Assembly (NCBI GenBank): GCA_037444665.1
Contig: JBBILZ010000026.1
Span: 1-32,635, forward strand
Length of the DNA stretch: 32,635 nucleotides
Reading direction: 5' to 3'
From: a candidate division WOR-3 bacterium
Lineage (GTDB): Bacteria; Hydrothermota; Tepidihabitantia; SM23-42; JAOAFX01
Part shown: piece after piece, positions 9,074 to 16,472 of the stretch
How positions within the stretch are numbered: position 1 is the first letter of the stretch
Layout of the letters: each line of letters starts with the position of its first letter
Notes under the pieces: model-generated
Database searches by the model: none
Told to the model about the DNA's origin: nothing
The model's input: the letters and a program-made list of their open reading frames with translations, nothing else
Translations under genes and position numbers: made by a program

Positions 9074-10642
9074 TTATCCCATCTCAATTAAATCTTTGAA
9101 AACCTGTAGTTTGCGGAGCCTTACTGGATGGCGTAATTTTCTCAGTGCCTTTGCCTCAATCTGTCTTACCCTTTCCCTTGTGATATTGAACATTCTGCCC
9201 ACTTCTTCAAGGGTCTTCGGTGCACCATTACCCAGTCCAAATCTGAGCCTGATAATTTTTTCTTCCCTTTTAGGAAGGTCTTTTAATATCTCATTGAATC
9301 GGTCCTTTAATATGGATATTGCTGCTGACCTTGATGGTGAGTCTGACATCGGGTCACTTATAAAATCACCAACAAAACTTGACTCTTCATCATCAATGGG
9401 TTTATCAAGCGATATGGGTATGAGTGAAATATTCTGTGCCATTCTTACCTTGTCGGTCGGCAGGTCAAGATGGTCAGCAATCTCTTCAATGGTTGGCTCA
9501 CGGCCCAAATCCTGTGTCATATCGCGCTGTGCTCGTGCTACTTTATTCATTGTATCAAGAATATGAGCGGGCACACGAACTGTCCTTGCCTGGTCACCAA
9601 TTGCGCGGGTAATTGCCTGTCTTATCCACCAGGTTGCATAAGTGGAAAATTTGTAGCCTTTACGATAATCAAATTTTTCTACCGCCTTTATCAGACCATT
9701 ATTTCCTTCACCAACCAGGTCTGCGAATTCAAGCCCTCTATTCACATATTTTTTGGCAATTGATATTACGAGTCGCATATTTCCTTCAATCATTCTTTGC
9801 CGTGAACGATTTATCAAATCTTCCCATTTTTCCACAATCTTTAATGATTCCTTCAATCTTTGAATATCGTTGCCAAGGTCGGCAAGCAATTTCTTACGTT
9901 CCTTTGTAAAGAGCTGGATTTCGTTCTGATTGCGCAACCTCGGTATAGTCTTTTCAATCTTTTCAAGGCGGATAAGATTGTCCTTGAATGACTGAATTGC
10001 ACTGTTTAAAGCACCGTGCTGAAGTGCAAGGATTGATAATTTTCTCAGAACCCTTTCTTCTTTTTCAAATATTTTCCATTCCATTGATTTAGAATGGTCT
10101 TTAGCACCCTTTTTATAAAATTTTACTAATGAATTGTAGTCTTTTTCAACTGATTTTACACGACGGATAAATCTTTGTCTTTCTGCCCAGAAGGTATGTT
10201 TATCCATTATTGCTTCAATTTCCACACGGGAAATCTGGTCAAGACTCTTCTTTCCTAATTCAACCTGTTTACAAACATCAAGGAGGGTATTGATTGCACA
10301 GGGGAAACGTAAGAACTGTCTTTCAATCATTCTGTATCCTGTTTCTATCTTAACCGCAAGTTCATACTCTTCATCTTTGGTGAGCAGGTCATAACGGGCA
10401 AGCTCTCTAAAATACGCTCTAATTGGTTCTTCTGCCTTGACCGTAGTTTTGGTTACTGTTGGTTTTGGAACTTCTTCCTCTTCACTCTGGACAATAACAA
10501 TGCCGTTCCGTGCGAGCATATCCAGAACTTCATCAATCTCTTCTGGTGTGACATTGTCTGGTATTAGATTATTAATGTCATTTATGGTTATCTTTCCTGT
10601 TTCTTTTGCTTTTTCAAAAATTTTCTGAGAATATTTTATCAT
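9074..10642 (-). CDS. rpoD: Primary RNA polymerase sigma70 factor
   Basis: Region 1.1, region 2 ([35 protein letters not shown]), region 4.2 ([20 protein letters not shown]); follows dnaG. Confidence 0.96.
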   Translation of the reverse strand: MIKYSQKIFEKAKETGKITINDINNLIPDNVTPEEIDEVLDMLARNGIVIVQSEEEEVPKPTVTKTTVKAEEPIRAYFRELARYDLLTKDEEYELAVKIETGYRMIERQFLRFPCAINTLLDVCKQVELGKKSLDQISRVEIEAIMDKHTFWAERQRFIRRVKSVEKDYNSLVKFYKKGAKDHSKSMEWKIFEKEERVLRKLSILALQHGALNSAIQSFKDNLIRLEKIEKTIPRLRNQNEIQLFTKERKKLLADLGNDIQRLKESLKIVEKWEDLINRSRQRMIEGNMRLVISIAKKYVNRGLEFADLVGEGNNGLIKAVEKFDYRKGYKFSTYATWWIRQAITRAIGDQARTVRVPAHILDTMNKVARAQRDMTQDLGREPTIEEIADHLDLPTDKVRMAQNISLIPISLDKPIDDEESSFVGDFISDPMSDSPSRSAAISILKDRFNEILKDLPKREEKIIRLRFGLGNGAPKTLEEVGRMFNITRERVRQIEAKALRKLRHPVRLRKLQVFKDLIEMG

Positions 10643-10651
10643 TTTGCTCCT

Positions 10652-12301
10652 TTATTTTTTAAGTAATTCTTTATATTTTTTTAAAGATTCATCATCGCCG
10701 GTCTTTATTGCTTCACTTATTTTTGATTTTATTGTTTGCCTCATTATATTCTTCTTGTAAAGACTGAGGGATTGAACAAAATCATCCTCAGTGATTTTTT
10801 CAAACTCAATAAGTGAAGCAAGTATCCGGTTTTTTAACTTATCTTCAATCTTCAAATCTACAATGTCGTGAACCGAAAAATTTTCATTTTTCAATAAAAT
10901 TTCATAAAGATTTTTAATTCTTTCATCTTTAAAATCATCAGCTGAAATAATCTCTTTTGCACGGGGAAAGTATTTGAGATTATTGAGGATCAGGATCATT
11001 AATTTTTCTTCGGTTGGCATAGTGGTTTTTGATGGCGGAGCAGGTTTTTCCTGTTTTGGTTTATCTAACCTCATACCCATTGTCTTTCTTATCAGGTCAA
11101 TCGGGATATCAAATACCCTTGATGTATGCTTCAAATATCGGTCAAATCTGATCGGGTCCTGAATTTTACTTATAATTTCTACAAGTTCTTTAATAAGGCT
11201 AACCTCATCTTCCACAGTCTGTATTTTTGTAGCATCCTTATAAAAGTTGAAAAAATCTGGAGCATTGTTGATAAGATTGGTCAAATTATCTACACCACTT
11301 TCTTTAATAAATTTATCAGGGTCATAATCTTGAGGTAGTGTTGTAATATGCACATCAACCTGGGCATTGATCAAAATGCCAATGGCACGCAGTGCAGCTT
11401 TTATTCCAGACATATCACCATCAAATAGTATATTCACTTTTCTGGCATAGCGTGAGAGTAATACTGCCTGATTTTCGGTCAGGGCAGTGCCCAGAGGTGC
11501 ACTGATATTTTTTATATTGTGCTGATAAAGGCTGAGCAGGTCAAAATATCCTTCTACCAGAATCGCCTCAGACTTTGCCCTTATCACTTCCTTTGCCTGG
11601 AATAATCCATAAAGAATCTCACCCTTTTTGAAGATGGGGGTCTCTGGAGAATTCAGATATTTTGGCTGTATGTAATCATCAATGCCCCTACCACCGAATC
11701 CAATTACTCTGCCAGAAAGATTGAAAATAGGAAAGATAATGCGGTCATGGAAGATTTCTCGGCTCTGGGACAAAAGCCCGGCCTGATTCAACCTATCAAT
11801 ATTAATTCCTTTCTGCCGCATAAAAGTAACCAAGCCACCAGAACTTGGTGCATAACCCAGACGGAAGTCTTTCACCTTTTCCATTTCAATCTTTCTTTCT
11901 TTTAAATAATTCTGTCCCCTTTTGCCGAGTTCTCCGGTAAGAACGAATGAATAATATTGAGCAGCAAATTCATTTACTTCATATAGTTCTTTATATTTCA
12001 AATTTTTTGTAGTATCAATTTCAATGCCAAGATTTTTTGCAAGTTTTCTTAATGCATCAGGAAAGTCAAGGTGTTCATACTCCATTAAAAAATTGATTGC
12101 ATTGCCACCTTTTTTGCAACCAAAACAATAATAGATACCCTTATCAGGACTGACATAAAATGATGGTGATTTTTCAGAATGGAATGGGCATAATGCCCGA
12201 TAATTCTTACCTATTTTCTTCAATTGAATATATTGAGAAATCAAATCCACAATATTGGTCTGCCTGATAATCTCATCTATTTTTTCTCGCTCAACCATCA
12301 T
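10652..12301 (-). CDS. dnaG: DNA primase
   Basis: CHC2 zinc finger CPFHSEKSPSF...CFGC, KYLNSPET, TOPRIM VEGYFD and FDGD, DPD. Confidence 0.97.
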   Translation of the reverse strand: MMVEREKIDEIIRQTNIVDLISQYIQLKKIGKNYRALCPFHSEKSPSFYVSPDKGIYYCFGCKKGGNAINFLMEYEHLDFPDALRKLAKNLGIEIDTTKNLKYKELYEVNEFAAQYYSFVLTGELGKRGQNYLKERKIEMEKVKDFRLGYAPSSGGLVTFMRQKGINIDRLNQAGLLSQSREIFHDRIIFPIFNLSGRVIGFGGRGIDDYIQPKYLNSPETPIFKKGEILYGLFQAKEVIRAKSEAILVEGYFDLLSLYQHNIKNISAPLGTALTENQAVLLSRYARKVNILFDGDMSGIKAALRAIGILINAQVDVHITTLPQDYDPDKFIKESGVDNLTNLINNAPDFFNFYKDATKIQTVEDEVSLIKELVEIISKIQDPIRFDRYLKHTSRVFDIPIDLIRKTMGMRLDKPKQEKPAPPSKTTMPTEEKLMILILNNLKYFPRAKEIISADDFKDERIKNLYEILLKNENFSVHDIVDLKIEDKLKNRILASLIEFEKITEDDFVQSLSLYKKNIMRQTIKSKISEAIKTGDDESLKKYKELLKK

Positions 12302-14246
12302 TTGCTCCTGGCTCTATTTCTTCGGGCTTTGCCCAGAAGAAAAGGTTATCAAATCCGATCTTATATCTTCCTTGATGCTGTGACAGCACCACACCTGCTT
12401 TATTAGAACCCCTTATCCTTACCATTTCACCAATCTTTGGATAGTATGGTTCTTTAGTCTCTTCTTTTAATTCTTCAGCAAAGACTTTTTTTGCTTCTTT
12501 GATAACATCTGGTTTTGGCCCTTCTTTTTTTAACTGTTTTATCAATTCATCAATTCTGCGTTTTGCCCTTATTAACTCTTTGTTATATTTTTCCTGGAGT
12601 GTGCTCATTTCTTTCTTCTTTTTTGTTTCCAGCACAGCAAGCTTTGATTCGTATTCGTTAATCAAAGAATCCAGACGGGTCTTTTGTTCCTGAACCGCTT
12701 TCAATTCTTTTGACAGACTTTCAAACAATTCGTTTAATGATGCTTTTTCTTTATCAAGATAGTTCATTGCCTTTTCAATGATTCCGTGATTAACTCCCAT
12801 CTGTGCGGCAAGCTTTATCGCATTGCTCGGCTGGGGAATACCAAGAATGAGTCGGTATGTGGGTTTATCAGTAAATTCCATTCCGGCATTGAGCATATCA
12901 TCCCTTTTGCTGACAAATATCTTCAAGCTTTCATTATGGGTCGTTGCCAGCACAGTATTATTTTTTCGGGCAAACTCTTCCATAATTGCAGATGCCAGTG
13001 CTGAGCCTTCTTCAACCGAGGTCTGATTCATCAATTCATCAAGAAGCACAAGATTATTGCCATTCTTTGCATTCAGGGCATATTTAATCTGCATTATATG
13101 ACCAGCAAATGTTGACAGGTCAGATTCAATACTCTGCTCATCACCAATATCCGCATATATTTCATCAAAGAAGGGGATGATTGTGCCTTCATCCGCAGGT
13201 ATAAACAGACCACATTTTGCCATCAGGGCAAGCAATCCCACAGTTTTGAGCACCACAGTCTTGCCACCAGCATTTGGCCCGGAAATGAGCAGGACCTTTT
13301 TATCGCCCGGCATCTGTAAATTTAATGGCACAACATCTTTTTTCAAATGCTTTAATAAAGGGTGGAAACTTTTTTTTATATCAAAATGGTCTCCGAAAAT
13401 AGGGATTGTGCAATTATAAGCATTTGCATAAGAAACCTTTCCAAATAAGAGGTCAAGTTCTGCAGCATAATCAATGTCTGATTCTATCTCCTGTATGGAA
13501 AATTTTACAATATTTGTCAGCGCCTTTAAAATGTTTATGATTTCATCCTGCTCTTTCTTTTCCAGTTCAACGAGTTCAGCACCAAATTCCACTATTTCCA
13601 CTGGCTCAATAAAAACAGTTTCTCCAGAATTTGAATAGGCATGAATAATACCATTAAGGTTCTGCTTCAGATTAGCCTTTACAGGCAGAACATACCTTCC
13701 ATTCCTTTCCACAATATTGGTTTCAGTAAAGAGATGGGATTGGGTCTCAAGCAGTCCCTGAAGAACGGTTTTGATCTGTCTATAGAGTGACTTTTTCCGC
13801 ATCCTTATTTTATAAAGTTTTGTTGATGCGTCGTTCCTTATCTCTTTATTTTCGTCAATTCTCAGGTTTATCTCCTCAATCAGTTTTTCATGGTTGTGGA
13901 ATTTGTTAAAGTATTCTTTTAACTTAGTTTCACGATAACGATTTTTCAATGTTCTTGTATGGATTAGAAAGAGCGATAGAATATAGAGCATTTCTGCAGG
14001 AAGGTATGAATAAACACTAAGGGCAGTGCTCAGTTCTTTCTGGGCAAAAGGAATATAAAAGTCCACTCTCTCGCCTGATTTTCTAATATCATCAATCCTT
14101 TTGAATTCAAATTCAGCAAGGACTTGAGAAGAAAACTGTTTAATATTCAGAGCCTTTAATTTTCCAGCCTGGGTCTGGCAGAATTCAGAAATTATATTAA
14201 GAACCTTTGGAAGTTCAAGAACCTGTTCTGCATGGGTTCTTTCTAT
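12291..14246 (-). CDS. mutS2: MutS2 family ATPase lacking the C-terminal Smr domain; start probably ATA at 14246 (ORF track uses GTG 14066)
   Basis: SGETVFIEP, Walker A SGPNAGGKT, DIGDEQSIESDLSTFAGH, LLDE, TTH, coiled coil and KOW-like end. The frame stays open for 60 codons upstream of 14066 and encodes the MutS2-type N-terminus (EQVLELPKVLNIISEFCQTQAGK). Confidence 0.88.
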   Translation of the reverse strand: MERTHAEQVLELPKVLNIISEFCQTQAGKLKALNIKQFSSQVLAEFEFKRIDDIRKSGERVDFYIPFAQKELSTALSVYSYLPAEMLYILSLFLIHTRTLKNRYRETKLKEYFNKFHNHEKLIEEINLRIDENKEIRNDASTKLYKIRMRKKSLYRQIKTVLQGLLETQSHLFTETNIVERNGRYVLPVKANLKQNLNGIIHAYSNSGETVFIEPVEIVEFGAELVELEKKEQDEIINILKALTNIVKFSIQEIESDIDYAAELDLLFGKVSYANAYNCTIPIFGDHFDIKKSFHPLLKHLKKDVVPLNLQMPGDKKVLLISGPNAGGKTVVLKTVGLLALMAKCGLFIPADEGTIIPFFDEIYADIGDEQSIESDLSTFAGHIMQIKYALNAKNGNNLVLLDELMNQTSVEEGSALASAIMEEFARKNNTVLATTHNESLKIFVSKRDDMLNAGMEFTDKPTYRLILGIPQPSNAIKLAAQMGVNHGIIEKAMNYLDKEKASLNELFESLSKELKAVQEQKTRLDSLINEYESKLAVLETKKKKEMSTLQEKYNKELIRAKRRIDELIKQLKKEGPKPDVIKEAKKVFAEELKEETKEPYYPKIGEMVRIRGSNKAGVVLSQHQGRYKIGFDNLFFWAKPEEIEPGANDG

Positions 14247-14437
14247 AGTTCCTCCCGCTGCCTTTTATATTCTTTTTTCTTTGCTGCAAGAAAGCGCCTT
14301 TTTCGTCTTTCGCTCGGTTTTTCATAGACTTCGTGTTTTTTAATAGCACGAAGAATACCTGCGCGCTCTACTGACTTACGAAATCGGCGCATTGCATTAT
14401 CAAAAGACTCGCCTTCGTACACAGTAATTTTTGTCAT
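14243..14437 (-). CDS. rpsU: 30S ribosomal protein bS21
   Basis: GESFDNAMRRFRK...YEKPSERRKR signature; strong SD AAAGGAGGTG. Confidence 0.97.
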   Translation of the reverse strand: MTKITVYEGESFDNAMRRFRKSVERAGILRAIKKHEVYEKPSERRKRRFLAAKKKEYKRQREEL

Positions 14438-14468
14438 CTGAGATTACACCTCCTTTCATTGATGACAT

Positions 14469-14499
14469 AAAAAAATATCAAAGGGATTACTCCCCTTGA
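14469..14499 (-). terminator. Terminator-like hairpin in the rpsU leader
   Basis: Minus strand TCAAGGGGA-GTAA-TCCCTTTGA (9-bp stem with one G-U, GNRA loop) followed by TATTTTTTT. Confidence 0.5.
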
Positions 14500-14578
14500 A
14501 CACCAAAATCTCTCATAAAAAAATAATAGATACCAAACTCAAGCAATTTAATCTAAAACTATAAGTCAATCTATATAT

Positions 14579-14606
14579 ATTATACTGAAAAATTGCAATT
14601 AGTCAA
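14579..14606 (-). promoter_or_regulatory. Sigma70 promoter TTGACT-N16-TATAAT for rpsU-mutS2-dnaG-rpoD
   Basis: agtcaa 14601-14606 and attata 14579-14584 on the plus strand. Confidence 0.65.
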
Positions 14607-14628
14607 GGGTAAAAATGCATTTTACCCC

Positions 14629-14656
14629 TTGATTTTTTTAAAATTCCGAGTATAAT
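14629..14656 (+). promoter_or_regulatory. Sigma70 promoter TTGATT-N16-TATAAT for lexA-dinB-dnaE2
   Basis: Hexamers at 14629-14634 and 14651-14656. Confidence 0.6.
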
Positions 14657-14662
14657 ATATAT

Positions 14663-14678
14663 GTAAACAAATGTTTAC
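14663..14678. promoter_or_regulatory. Candidate LexA operator (SOS box) GTAAACA-AA-TGTTTAC
   Basis: Perfect 7-2-7 inverted repeat at the predicted transcription start of lexA; AAAC-N4-GTTT core resembles GAAC-N4-GTTC. Confidence 0.7.
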
Positions 14679-14705
14679 TATAATTATAAATTTTAAGGGG
14701 GTTTT

Positions 14706-15269
14706 ATGATAAAGAACAGGAAAAAGCAGATACTTAAGGTAATTCAGGACTTTATAAGGGATTATGGTTATCCTCCAACTATTCGTGAGATTGCGCAAAT
14801 TGTTGGCTTAAAGAGCACCAAAGGTGTAAAGGTACATATTGATGACCTTGCCCGTGATGGATTAATAACAAAGATTGGGACAAAGGCAAGGGGTATAAAG
14901 GTTGAGCCAAAGAAGATACCTATTGTTGGTAGGGTAGCAGCAGGACTTCCAGAACTTGCTTTTGAAGAGATAGAAGGTTATTTTAATCCCTTGTCCTGGC
15001 AGGACTGTTTTTTATTAAAGGTAAAGGGTGATAGTATGGTAAATTGCCATATATATGAAGGTGACCTTGTGGTGGTGCATCCTGACAAGGTGGCAGATGA
15101 TGGTGATATTATTGTGGCGAATATGGATGGCGAGACGACCATAAAACGTTTGAAAAGGATAAATGGAAAATTTGTTCTCAAACCTGAAAATGATGCCTAT
15201 CCAGTCATAGACGAGTCATTTGAGATAATCGGAAGAGTGGTGGGGGTAATAAGAAAAATAAATGCCTAA
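14706..15269 (+). CDS. lexA: SOS repressor LexA
   Basis: GYPPTIREIA wHTH, cleavage site RVAAG, catalytic Ser (GDSM) and Lys (TIK). Confidence 0.95.
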   Translation: MIKNRKKQILKVIQDFIRDYGYPPTIREIAQIVGLKSTKGVKVHIDDLARDGLITKIGTKARGIKVEPKKIPIVGRVAAGLPELAFEEIEGYFNPLSWQDCFLLKVKGDSMVNCHIYEGDLVVVHPDKVADDGDIIVANMDGETTIKRLKRINGKFVLKPENDAYPVIDESFEIIGRVVGVIRKINA

Positions 15270-15316
15270 AAGTCCAAAATGCCTAAAAAAGGGATTGAAA
15301 CTCGGGATTTAAAGAT

Positions 15317-16471
15317 ATGTTTCTCTGCATTGACCTTGATGCCTTTTTCGTTTCAGTAGAAAGGGTATTGAACCCAGAACTCAAAGGTAAGCCTGTAGTG
15401 GTGGGTGGTCTGCCTGGTGAGCGCGGGGTGGTTGCATCTGCATCTTATGAAGCAAGGAAATCTGGTATAAGGTCCGGAATGCCTGTTGCTCGTGCATATA
15501 GACTTTGCCCTGATGCAATTTTTTTAAGACCCAGTTTCTCAAAGTATGAACTATTTTCAAAAAAGTTTGAGCAGATACTCTATAAATATTCTCCAGAGGT
15601 AGAAATGGTATCTATTGATGAGGCATTTGTTGATATCAGGGGCACAGAACGGTTATTTGGTCCACCCATTGACCTGGGGCAAAAGATTAAAAAAGAGGTC
15701 AATGAAGTATTGAACCTGCCCTGTTCAATAGGTATTGCCCGCACAAAACCGATTGCCAAGATTGCCTGTGATGAATCAAAGCCCGATGGTCTGCTATTTA
15801 TCAACCCTAATAATGAAAAGGATTTTTTATTTCCTTTACCAGTGAATGTTTTACCGGGCATCGGTCCAAAGACCTATGAGATTTTAAAGAATTTGAATAT
15901 CATTACAGTGGCTCAGTTTTTTAATACACCGGATTGGATTTTAGACACTGCCCTGGGTAATAATTGCCGAACAGTTAAATACTTTGTTAAAGGTGGTGAT
16001 TACAAGATTCTCCATAGTGTAAAATCTATGGGCCAGGAAACAACCCTTACACAGGATACAAAAAATTTAGCATTGATAACCAGTGTATTTTATAATCTCA
16101 TTGAATATGTATGCCAGCGATTGCGTGCAAATGGTATGAATACCCATTTGTGCACGATTAAACTTAGATTTTCAGATTTCAAGACTATTAGCCGTAGAGT
16201 AAATTTGCAGGTGGCAACAAATTCTCAACAAAAGGTCTATGAATCCTGTATGCCTGTATTAATGGAGATGTTGAAAGAGAACAAAAGGGTGAGGCTCATT
16301 GGTATATCATTTTCAAAATTTGAATTGAGTGGATTGCAAGCATCAATCTTTTCTAAGGAAGAGAACCGGTTAATTAGATTGAACTATGCACTTGATAGGG
16401 CACGCACAAAATTCGGCTTTTATTCTGTATTTCCGGCAAAGAACTTTATGTTAAGAAATGTTAATCTTTAA
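15317..16471 (+). CDS. dinB: DNA polymerase IV (Y family)
   Basis: IDLDAFFVSVE, SASYEAR, SIDEAF catalytic motifs, little-finger domain, clamp-binding-like QASIF. Confidence 0.93.
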   Translation: MFLCIDLDAFFVSVERVLNPELKGKPVVVGGLPGERGVVASASYEARKSGIRSGMPVARAYRLCPDAIFLRPSFSKYELFSKKFEQILYKYSPEVEMVSIDEAFVDIRGTERLFGPPIDLGQKIKKEVNEVLNLPCSIGIARTKPIAKIACDESKPDGLLFINPNNEKDFLFPLPVNVLPGIGPKTYEILKNLNIITVAQFFNTPDWILDTALGNNCRTVKYFVKGGDYKILHSVKSMGQETTLTQDTKNLALITSVFYNLIEYVCQRLRANGMNTHLCTIKLRFSDFKTISRRVNLQVATNSQQKVYESCMPVLMEMLKENKRVRLIGISFSKFELSGLQASIFSKEENRLIRLNYALDRARTKFGFYSVFPAKNFMLRNVNL

Positions 16472-16472
16472 A

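Noticed and set aside
14190..14290. rpsU-mutS2 fusion by -1 frameshift at the A-rich end of rpsU, or a start at the ATG at 14233
   Set aside because: A TAA in the mutS2 frame follows the A-run, and the ATG is out of frame and stops after 13 codons.
15260..15288. Direct repeat AAATGCCTAAAA twice at the end of lexA
   Set aside because: Two short AT-rich copies only; probably a local duplication.
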